NCBI RefSeq assembly: GCF_000150275.1
Contig: NW_002060949.1
Location: forward strand, 4,222,449 to 4,286,448
DNA: 64,000 nucleotides
Source: Trichoplax adhaerens
Taxonomy: Eukaryota > Animalia > Placozoa
Direction: 5' to 3'
Shown here: positions 14,801-27,100 of the stretch, piece after piece
How positions within the stretch are numbered: the first letter of the stretch is position 1
Layout of the letters: the number at the start of each line of letters is the position of its first letter
The notes under the pieces: generated by a model
Told to the model about the DNA's origin: nothing
The model's input: the letters and a program-made list of their open reading frames with translations, nothing else
Database searches by the model: none
Translations under genes and position numbers: made by a program

Positions 14801-14854
14801 AGTCTGGTTTTGATTCTTTGGCCAAAAGTTATTAGTAGAGGTTTGAGAGAACAT
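11808..14854 (-). CDS. RAE1: mRNA export factor RAE1/Gle2 (WD40)
   Basis: [29 protein letters not shown]; [23 protein letters not shown]; [10 protein letters not shown]; ESPLKYQ|[18 protein letters not shown]; DNFTFKCHR; [11 protein letters not shown]; [10 protein letters not shown]; ends [17 protein letters not shown]. Confidence 0.95.
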
Positions 14855-14959
14855 GTTGAATTTGATATTAAGAATACTTGATGGACGCCTGTTCAGTTGA
14901 TCTTTCAGTAAAATGAAAGAATGGAAGATTTGGAAATCAACTCGAGCTGCCTGCTGGTG

Positions 14960-15440
14960 CTGTACTCTACATCCAGAGTCTAGTACGTTGTTCCTCGGTA
15001 CTGTACAGTATATCCGCGCCTTTCAGCCACCGATCTTTCGCACATTTGTCTGTCAGATGTCTTTCTGTGCTCATCTACGGACGGACCGTCCGTATGGCAG
15101 TGAGGGACTATGCAGTGATTAACTTGATTGATATCATGTTGCTCACAATACTGCACACTGATACATACAGTATGGCAGTCTAAACTATTCACTGGTGCAT
15201 TAGACTCATCTACTGTACAAAGTACTTTACAGTGTACAGTACTGTATAGTACGGTACACTGTGCACTGTACTCAGTGTACTGTAGCAAGGTACAGAAGTC
15301 CCGGACACAGTCGACTGAGGCATTGCTGATCATCGAGTGTGCAAGAAGGATTCCATAAAATAAAAAATGAAGCCCCTAGACGACTCTTCAGCTGTTTGAA
15401 CACTGTAGTTCCAGTGCATGAGTGTACAGTACTATCATAT
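14960..15440. repeat. GTAC-rich array in the divergent RAE1/ROCO upstream region
   Basis: e.g. 15211-15292 TACTGTACAAAGTACTTTACAGTGTACAGTACTGTATAGTACGGTACACTG. Confidence 0.75.
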
Positions 15441-15704
15441 ATCTCATATATCATATATGATATATCATTCATCCATTGAGTAGTCTTAATGGCGGTATAC
15501 ACGGTGATTCACGTCAGTAACGATTACGCATATCGGTGATGTACGCATCTGTGTTATTATCGCATCTGCTACTATATTATGCGTAACATAGGCAAGGCTA
15601 ACATCAAAATGCCGGGACTTGTAAACTTAATTAATCAACAGAAAGTGAACAATTTGTACTCTGCTCTATCGGTATTACCATAGAGATCTCTATCAAGAAA
15701 ATAG

Positions 15705-15996
15705 TAGAAGACCTAGACTGATCACTCCTTCGGGTGGACGGACATCTCTTACTAAATGAGGTCGTAAATATCCAAAAATGCCTACTTAGTATAGATCTTC
15801 CCCGTCTGTTTTCTAAATCTGTGGCACTAATTTAAATAACATTAGCGATCTTATATAACTCTTTCTAAGCAGAACTTAGTAACAGATAATAAAATTGAAC
15901 GTTTTTACTAAAGTACTGTCTTAACGAAGCTTTTGAAACAATATTTTGGACGAAATACGGGCCCGAAAGGTCTGTCCGTCCAAGAGCGATCAGCCA
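15705..15996 (+). mobile_element. MITE-like non-autonomous DNA element, copy A (right end slightly truncated)
   Basis: Imperfect terminal inverted repeats (AGACCTAGACTGATCACTCCTTCGGGTGGACGGAC ... GTCTGTCCGTCCAAGAGCGATCAG). Ends and much of the interior are homologous to the reverse complement of 38244-38611. Confidence 0.8.
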
Positions 15997-18134
15997 TGAA
16001 TAAAATTACTATGCAGTTTCTATGGTGATTGCACGTCAATCGTTGGTGAACATTTCGTCAACGTTGACCTAGTAAAGTATGTGCAGCAGCCAAAAGCTAT
16101 TCTCTATCATTGAGAAAGCTACCGATATTTCTGGTAGAAATACCCTAAACTGATTGAATACTGCCATATTCTGTCCTCTTGATATTTCTTCGTTCAAGCT
16201 GACTATATAAATAATCGCAAAATTGGCAAATTATCAAATCAACGCCGTCTAGGTAAGTCACTTTCAGTCCGAACTGCTTTGTTAAGCTCAAAGGGTTATC
16301 ACTTAAATCGAGTCAATTGGTCCAATACATATGTATGGATCATGATGACTCAATGCAGTAGCTGGCCCAAATTAATATCAACAAAACTTCAACTTACAAG
16401 CATGTCAATGTAGGACCATATCTCCCCCTAAAAATGAATTACAAACTTTCAATCGAAATCAAATCGCCTTGACATGCAGAAAAGAACAAAGTATTCTTGT
16501 CGTGGATGTCATTAGACACAGTATCTAGCATGAAGATAGTTTAATCTTGGTGCAGTAACCGATTAATACCATATCGTTCACTGTGTTGATATCACATGGC
16601 TCAAAATGCGTAGCTTATAGAAAATAACAAATAATATAGTACGCGCAATCCTCAGATAAGGTTACATCTTTTACAATGATATTTTGGTCGTGTCATGATT
16701 GTTTATATAGAGTAGCCAATTAATCCAATACTAGGTAAAAGTATAACATTAAGTAATTAATAACGATTATAAATTCTTAGCGATTACTCTATGCTTTTCT
16801 TTGTATCGGCAATGACAACAATATCACGGCGATTGCATTTCTTTTCTCATTCATAGAAAATAAACTAAACGTGTCATTATTTAAGCATCGGCATGACACA
16901 GCACATTCCAAGAGGGTAGACTCTTAAAATACCTACAACAGCTCTCATCTTGGATCTTTAACCTTTCTTTTTGTATGTAGATGTATTACTTAAGCAAAGA
17001 TATCATTTAAAACAACGAAGATACTATTCTAATCGTTATAGTATAACTTATAGCTATTACTTTTCCACCCCTACCAAAGAGGTCACGTATTATTAAAGAA
17101 TTTATTAAATAGCAATCTATTGTAATTATAGAATTAGCTCATTTTAAATTTAAAGCCATTACTCATGCATCAATAACATTGTTACAATCTTATTTTCAAG
17201 GTAATAATCATGCTAACATAGATACATGAATTATAACATACAGACAAAAAAAATTATTTGCCATTTGCAATCACGCTACTTCCAGAATTAAGAATAGACA
17301 CAAGTATAACTGAATCTCTCACTTTCTTACAAAGTAAGTTTGGATGCAATTTCCATTAAAATTGCTTATAAGTTACCAATAAAGTTGTATGCATAACACT
17401 TTATTCATGGCGTGTATATGCAGGTAAAATTTTATCCTCATTACGTAGCGAAACAGTTCCATATGTTATCAGAGTTTCTTAGAAGCCACAACTCGCAAGC
17501 ATAGTAGTAGTAGAAACAGCATAGATCTAGCACGTAATTGTCATATGAAGCATACTTTATTATAAAGGAATTCCAGTTAAAATGCAATAATATAATCAAG
17601 GCATTGTCGGGAGATAGCAATTTAAAAATTACAAGTTTACCTCGTATCAAATTCATATAAAATGAATAGCTAAGATAATAAACAGATTGCACTTTATGTT
17701 ATAACCTCATAATAAATAACTCTAGATTAGCTTTTATTACAAGGATGCTAACATTAATCCCTTAACTATATTAGTTCACTCGTCTTACAATATTTTCACT
17801 AAATTAACTAATAATCGACATTATCAGATTATCCATTTTGATTTGCCTACTTCTCCTTTGATATACCTTCAAGATCAACACGACTAAAATTAAACAGAAA
17901 CTTTCGCACATGTTATTTAACAATTTTTAAATTCTGTACCCATAAGATCTTAGCCTTTAATATAATAATTGATGCTGGTACTAATCTGCATAACAAGTAT
18001 CTTACTTAGCAACAACATATGATGTTGGGATTAAGACTCCAATACTCGTATGTTTTATAAATAGCATTAGTATGAAATTATACATTTTTTATGACGATTT
18101 TAACAAAAATTTTATCTTTAGATAAAAAATAATC

Positions 18135-21100
18135 ATGTTTAAGGCCAAAAAAGCGAAAGCCAAAAAGAAAGCAAAAGCGATTAAAACCCCCACTGCCGAT
18201 ATTGATGACTTTATTCCAACAGAGCAACAAGAGATGCTTTATCAACAACAATCTAACATCGGTTATGACGAAAACATAGAAGACTACCAACAATCACAAA
18301 TGAGTTTTGATGATCCCAACTTCAATTACGCTCAAGATGAAGATGACTATTTGCAGGAACAAGAACAACAGAATTTCGTCGAATCCAATATTATGCAAAT
18401 GGAGAATATTCGTAAATTAAGTATTGATGATGGTTCCGATTTCGGCGATGATGCCACCGAATGGAGCGATGATGACAGCACAGAATTCAATCTCATTGAA
18501 ACTCTTAAAGTGTTGGAAGATTTAAATGGCAAAAATGCACTTCAGTTAACTCAAATACAAAATAAAAGGGTAAGAAATGGTTTAATATTATAATTTTGAA
18601 GGTATTACGGTGTAGTAAGCAATTAGAATGGATAACTGAATAACTAACAAATAGCTAAATTGTATAAAAATTTTATCAATTCTAGAAGACCTGTAACTAT
18701 CTTATAGTAATCACCCATTTTATAAAATTAATATATACAACAGGATGATATTGCCTTTGAAATCAGCCACAAAAGAAACATGATACTAGATGGATATGAA
18801 AAGTTAACTGATATAGCCCTTGCATCTATCTTAGAACACTCAAATAGTGCCCTTCATGTTCACAAACTTAGTGCCATAGGATGTGTACATTTGACTGATG
18901 CATGTGCACTTTTAATTGCAAAGTATTGTCGAAATCTTAAAATTATAAACTTAGATGGCTGCAAAAACCTGACATCTAAAGCTTTGGATGTACTTATATC
19001 TCAATGTGAAAAATTAAACGATGTATCAATGAAAAATTGCAATTTAAAACGCTTACCACATCAATTAGTTCAAAAACTAAGAGCATGGGAAGTTAAAGCA
19101 AAGCGGCAAATCCAAAAAAAATCAAGATACCCGAGCAAAAAAAGTCATGTCAGATCTTTATCGCCATTAACTGAACAGACAGACGACTCTGACCAGCCAA
19201 AATTAAATTTAAATGGTAACCCAATGGCAGAATGTCATGAAGACGTTTTCAAAGCTGACGATGCTTTATCCATAATAAGATATTTAACTAGAGTTGAGAA
19301 GTCCTTGACTTATCACTACAGGTTAGAACTAGAATAGCAATTATCATTTTGTACAAGTTTTTAGTACCATAATGGAGAAGTAAATAAAAATAACACATAG
19401 ATGTCAATTTTACTGCATCTTGCTATTAGTTACTAAGTAGAATTGAGTGTAACTGTAGCTTTTCTAATGTATTAATCTTGCACGTTAGGATTAATGTTTT
19501 TGGATCCGAAGATTCCCATAAAAATTTTGTCATTAGTAAACTGTTGAATCTTAAAAATGTACCCAATGCTAATGAATTTACCGTTCACGATTGGCAACTA
19601 AAAGATAATAAACAGCGAAAGATTGTAACAACTGTAGTCAATTTCGGACTTGAGGTAACTTATACATTGTTTGTAGAAAGTACTTGAAAGGATGATCTAC
19701 TATCAAATTTTATTGTGCTTCTACACGTACAAATTTAGTACCATTACTAAGAATATGAAATTGAATATTTTTCAGCAACACAACCATATTTTTGTCACCG
19801 AAGGTGCGATCAATGTCATCGTAATCAATGTTGACAAGCCTTCGTTTCTGAAATGGATTCAATTAGTGGAAACTAAGGTAACAATAAATTAACAGTTATG
19901 TTAGCTAATGAAAAATTACATTATCAATACTACGCTAAATGATATCATCGAAAATTTAATTGATTTAGATTTGTATATATATATGCGTAAACCCATCTAT
20001 AGGGTGTAATAGATATTGACGCTATCGAATTGATATCATATTAATGTGAATATCCATTTCTCAATAATGTAAAGAAAAATTTTATATTATTTCTTCAGTG
20101 CATGTCACTCTAGAACGAATCAATAAAATTATCTTATAATTTTAATAGATAAAACATTTTTTTTTAGTATCCAAGCAGCTGCTTTATTATTGTCCTCACA
20201 TATGCAAGATCATCTAGAACTGCGGAAGAAAGGATGAATATAATTAAAGATAAATTACAAGATCAAAAAGATTTATTTATACAAAGACTAGAAGCACTAG
20301 TCAATAATTCTATGTCTGAGTAAGTCACGATTATTTCCCATATAAATCAGTTCATATTCGTATTACAGAGATTTAATAGACAGCGCTATCAAAACAAATA
20401 AAAGTTTAGGATTCAAAAATAATTTAGGAAAAATTTATAACGTGAACTTTTAGCACAAAGGAGATAATAAAAAATATAAACAAAACAAAAATTAAACTCT
20501 TAAACATCAGGATTTCGATAGGCTTTTCATAATTTTTTGTCTAATTACTGCATTACAGCTGTGCTTTCTTCTTTCTCAATAATGATTACTCCAAGTACTG
20601 CATTTACACAATTAATCAATGTTAAAAAATAAACAATTACGGTACAATTCTTATAATTTATCTTATAAAGTATTGAAAATTTCATGCAAAATGATGTAAT
20701 TGAGCAAATTACATAAGTAAAATATGAATTTATTATGTTCATTTAAAATTTTACGAGAAAATTTTTACCGAATCTGTAACAGATTTGCTAATAATAACGA
20801 CTTATATATAATTATAAATACTAGTAATATGGTAGTATTTATTAAAAACAGATATAAATGTTTGCCTTTCTTATGTTGTTGCCTTCCACCATTTTTTAAA
20901 GAGGAGATCAGTGGGACCAAGAGACATGTAAGACCTTTTTTCAACAGCAAAAAATCTCTACAGTTAACCATTTGCTTTGGTATGGCATGCCTCAAATTCA
21001 TAATTACGTCATGGTTGATAGCAATAATGGAAAGGTAATCAGATTATGTTATTAAGATGACATCATAGATAACTTCAATAAAAATTAATGATCTAAATAT

Positions 21101-24100
21101 TACCGCATCACCTAAAAATCATAATAATTAATTGCTTATTGGCTTTAGCTAACAATCAAGTATTATTATTGTTTCCTAACCTAATTAAAAATTATCCTTG
21201 ATCGTGCTATTTCTTGTCATAGTAAATATTTCTATAAATTTAAATAAACTAGTATAAATAGAACTATGATTACAATAAATAAGATCGCTAAGCTAACCGA
21301 TAGGATAAAAATTTACGATGTACTAATTCTTTTAAGTAATTTCTAAATTATATTTCTGGAACTTTCTGACGTGTAATTAGGGAATTGAGGGTGTCAGACA
21401 AGAAATAATTCAGTGCATTAATGCAATTTTCCAGCGAAAAGACTGCGATCTGAATATAAATGGAGTAGCTAAACATCTATACTGGTCAAGGTTTCGTGAC
21501 GAATATAGCAAGTTTAAATATCAAGCCAAAAAAAATCACAATAATAACAAGCATATCTACTTTTTAAATGATCTCATATCTGATTTACGCGAGGATGTAC
21601 ATAAGAGAATGGATAAATTTCTATTTGCCTGTGAGATGCTTCATAATTCAGTAAGCAATATAATGATCTTGCCTCTTTTTTCTAATTTCATTCATTGTGT
21701 GTGCCGTCTATTATAGTACTTTTTGATATTCATAATATAGGGAGAGCTCTTTATGACAAAATATAACGACCAATGGTATTTTATACCGGATTTAACATGG
21801 TTATATGAGAGACTAACTGAAATAGGGCAAGGAATAGTGCCCAATGTTGCTATTCCCGAAGGAGTAATGCCACTCACTTTATATTATATAATTAAAATTA
21901 ATTTCTCAATACCTTATTTAGAAATTAAGACATAAATAGGAATGAAACAATTTTTTCATTTAATTTCATATCGATTTCTAATCAAATATCTCTGTAGGAT
22001 CAAATCATTATTAATCTAGCAAAAAATGCTGGAATATCAGCTGTAATGTCAAACGTTATCAATTTAACTCGCTCATTAACTGATCTGACATGTTTACCAA
22101 ACAGTCCTGCCAAACCGTTGGTAACTATACGTTAAAATTTTTTGTGTATAATTTGGCTACTAATATTACCCAAAATAGTAAAGCAGTTAATATTCGATAC
22201 TTTTACAATCTGTACCTAACATATTATCTAAATACAGTGCTCAATATATTACTTTTCTGAATAATTTTAGACATTGTTGTGGGAAGATTATCACCCTAAT
22301 GAATATTTTTATGAACAAACTTATGAAATAATCAGTTACAGTCCTGCATCGTTGTCGGTTTTAAAGCAAATTCAATCTAATCTCATTCGGCTAACACAAA
22401 ACGTTCACCATTTATGGAATGATGGATTGTTATTCAGTTTGGGCTACGTAGAATGTCTACTATTACTCATTGAATCTGAATCAACTCCAACAGATGACGG
22501 CTTAGTCAGCTTAAAAATTTCAGCGAGATGTAATGCAATACCTGATGCGGATGCAGCAGAGGAAATACAAAGTGGACTACGTCAGACGTTTATTATGTGT
22601 TGCTACATCATTGAAGCAGCTTTTGAGCCTTTGCCAGGTATCGCAACTAAGGTTAGCAAAATTTAGCAGATATACCAATACATCACTTATTCTCAGATTT
22701 TTATCGATAAGATTTTTCTATTAAAAATTATTAAATTTGGATAGACAACGTTAAAATCTAATGTAGCCAAAGAAAATGACATTGAGGGACAATTAAATCG
22801 GCCTAAATTTGATGAAGGTAATAATTTAGGCACTAACTCTTAAGCTTTAGATCAATATAATTCGCTTTTCTAAAATCTAATAGGTGCATTTGGGTAATTA
22901 ATATCTTAATAGTTTACTGTTTAATGAAACAGTCTACGCTCTATCTGTGACAAATGTTGTAGGAATTGATGAAAAGCTTTATATGGTTTGCTTAAATATC
23001 ATAAATCGTTAATATCAATCGTTGAATCTTTCTTGTTATTTCATTCTAAACATAAAGTTGATATTCCTGCAATATGTGGTCACGAACTGGAAAAATCAGC
23101 TTCAGAGATAGTCTGCGTGCAATGTCAACCATATTCATCCGAAAATAACCAGCAAAATATTAACAAATATCAAAAAGAGAAGATGTAAATCTAATCGCTT
23201 TTCTCGTTAGATATGATATATAGAAACCTAATTTTGTATATCTTTGTAAATATTAGATGAGTTAATCAGTATCTTATTTTAAATACGCGTAGATAATCAA
23301 TTAAAACCAAATCGTGATTATGTATAATCATAAGTTCCCTTTTTTTCGATTGATCGATAGATCATCTTGTACTAATTGCGGTCGATGCAATTATTGTATA
23401 CAGTTTATGTCGGTAAGACAGCATAATATTAAGACTTTAAAAGTACACGTATATGATAAAGTAGGTCTGATTTATTAGAGGATAGCATTCTTTATATTTC
23501 AAAATCGAGGGAAAATTATCTCTAATTGGTTCATCCGTGAATAAACTAATACAGATTTTCATGTAAATAGGATGTACGTAAAGAAAGTGCTACTCCTGCA
23601 TTTGTTAATGACTGGTCCAGAGCTTTTAATTTTCAACAAATTGGAAATATCTTAAAACATCCGTCTGATAAGGAGATTATTGATGAAAGACAGGTTGTTG
23701 TATCTGATCTCAATTATAGTATTGCCGTTAACAAATATCCCTTGAATTTTGTAACTGGCCGGATTTTTCAGTTTACTATCTTGGATATCGCCAATGTTGA
23801 TTTTATCTTAGGATTAGTTACATCATCCTATGATAAAACATCCCGCCCTGGTTTAACAGATTCATCTTATAGCATCGTGTTTACAGAATCCGCTTTCTAT
23901 GCTAATAACCAAAATATGGGAAGTTTGGCTTTTGATATTGATCATCTTTGTCCCGGTGACCAACTCAGCATTATTGGTAGATATTCAGCTGATAAAAAGG
24001 TAAGGCAACGAGTTTGCTTCTAATTCTAATCTTAAAAGCTGGGTTGAATATAGTCTAGTACACTGTACAATATCATAGTCACCTGATTTGATATTGGTGA

Positions 24101-27100
24101 TGACGGTCAATATTTTGAAAATGTAAATTTAATCGATTCTAAGAATCCGGTTTCTAAACCAACTGCAATTGCAATAGTTGTATTTTCGAACAAAATTAAT
24201 GAAGTAGCGCTCAGATTAGTTTCCAAAAGTCAAACAATACAACATACACCTTTAGTTCAATCATTTCTTTAACCATTAATAGTATCTTATTTTTATTTAC
24301 ACTGTATGATCATAGAAGGAAATTGTATTTAGCAGAAATGGATTAGTACTGCTTGTCGTCAATGAACCTGACAATAAAGATTATTATCCGATAATCCATT
24401 GCGTTGATACCACCGCAGATGATAGCCGCATTATCCTACAATTTGAAGGCAATACAATTCCGGTAAGCTATATCTCATTAATTCATTATATTCTATTTAA
24501 AGCCGAAAATGATTAAGCAATTACCCTGTATAATTTTCGTATATTGTCAAATCATATATTGACTATTTAAGAATTTAGTAATTAATACAGTATACTCGAA
24601 ACATGGTGCCTGAGTTACATATTTAGTAGAACTTTTAGCTTCTCTACTAAATTAAGATTTAAAAGGGATTATTTGAATATAGTAATAATGATAATATTTA
24701 GGTTCTGGTAGTTATTCAGAAAGACGGGAATAAAATCACCATTACTTAACTTTCTAAAGCTCTTTGATAAATACATATTAATATTTTTTGCTATAGATAA
24801 CTCAAGGAGCAAAATTTGTCACTTGGGAGAAAGGCATGAGACTAGAGGCTAAAGATCGCTTGAATCCCAGCTTGATGTGTGTTGCGACGGTCGATGATGT
24901 CAATGATAATGAACTTTTAATCCATTTTGATGGTTGGACCAGAAAATATGATTACACTTGCAAGAGCACTTCAACAGATATTCATCCAATTGGTTGGTGT
25001 GAGAATAATTATCATCGGCAATTGGAACCCCCCAAAGGTACCTAAATATTTACGTTAACATCTACGATGACATACGTATTGCAATCTCGGCTAGTTCTAA
25101 TGAATTTAACCTATAATTTCTATGAATTATTTCTAAAAATTGCTTTAAAATCCAATAATTAGGTGACAATAAGCCTGACTTTAAATGGGCTCAATATCTA
25201 GAAAGTATTCAAGCTGTCGCTGCCCCTGTAGAGCTTTTTACACCAGTAAGATATATGTCTGCAAATCGTAAAAATTATTTTATGTTATTATGTGCTGACA
25301 TTAAATAATATTTTATTAAACCATAAATTAATAAAATAATACATACGGGTTAACGGGTATGCTTAAGTATCTTTACTTTTACTGAATAATAGGTTCAATC
25401 CTGGTCATAAGAGTTTAAAACCAACATTTATACATAGAGAATATGTACTTGAGATGTTTTTAATAAGCGATTTCACTCATCAGTAATATAAAAATAATAC
25501 TTCTTATGGATTACATGATAACATTTCTGATTCTTTAATCAGGAACAACTTGGCGAAAAAGATCCCGCGAAGATTTCTTTTTATGCCAGTACTCTTCAAA
25601 GCTGTACTAAACTCCAAGGAGATTTTGGAGGTAATTATAACAAATACACAAATATATTGTACAGTCCAATTGAAGATCTAAGAACGTCAGTTGCATACTT
25701 TCTAGAGAAGTACTAATCTATGCAATGAACAGATAAAAGAAAATGAAAGTATATTGTATAAGTTAGATTACATTTATAGTATTATATTAGGACAGTTGGC
25801 GGTTTAAATATATTTACAATACATGGGCAGCTGCTAGGACGTTATTGTAATTTATACATTGATTTCACGCCTATTTAGGAATAAAAGTGACTCAATCTCA
25901 TCAACACTCTAATTTTTTTAAATAATCTTGGTTAAAGTATCACGTGTACATCGTTTAATGAATGAAAAAACTGAAAATTCCATAAAAATATTCCTTGATA
26001 CCATTACCCGTGATACAGCATGTCCATTCATGCTCTACTTTCCGAAGTTAGACTCTTTTGAGGATCTAAATCTATTGAGCTGGAGATTTTGGCGAAACAA
26101 TTATAAAAAATATATTAGTCTACTATGTACTGGTTCAGGCAAGTATTTTCGCTCTCATATAAAACCCATAAGTCGTAAATTTGCAATTCTCACTTACAAC
26201 CAGTTAATTTGTCTTTATTGCTTCCTTCTGTTACTATTGCATAGGATGCTTTGATGCAAAGGAAATCGATATACATGGTTTTGAAGAGACTGGCCATCCA
26301 ATTGCAGGAGCTGACTGCTATTCGCAATGGAGCCAACAATCCATTGTCATTATATGGTTAATTAGCCATATTATTTTAGATTTAATTAAATTACAGGTAT
26401 CAAAATATAAATTAAACTGTAATTTACTTCCTCAATTAAATTATTTAACTATAATTACAAGCTTTCATTTACTTAAAATCTATGATATTAAAATCCTGTT
26501 AGTTGATAGCAAACTTAATGTAAATTATTTACTATATTGCGTTTTCTTGTATAAAGAACGTCTATAAAATATCTAGTAAAGCGCTCAGATTATTTGGTTT
26601 ACAAGAGGATAAAATCGAAGATGACAAAGTACGTACGGAAGAATCTAGTATGATATTTGCAATTGCACAATAGTTATTTTATTGCATATATCTAAGCTAT
26701 GGATACAGCTTTTACTCGATCGGAGAGTAAAAGGTAAAGTATTTGATTACGATCATCTAATATTTTCTACATATTTCTCCTGTTCCTATATTATAGTTTG
26801 TAAAGCAGGCAGAAGTAATTTTGAATATGATAACGACAATGTTGGATGTACCTGCACTCAAGATTTGTCAACGTCTGGATCGAAATTCGATAATGAAAGC
26901 TATTCCTGTATGTATAATGTCTCGAAATATAAGATTTAATAATTTATGGAATCATTCAATCAAAATAATTATTAACTTGAATTGCTGACGGATTAATACA
27001 AAGACAATTAATACTTTATTTTCTCAACGATTACGTACGAAATTATGGTATCCTATTCTTTCATCTTATACTAGCCCTAATCATCACAAACCACTTTGAT

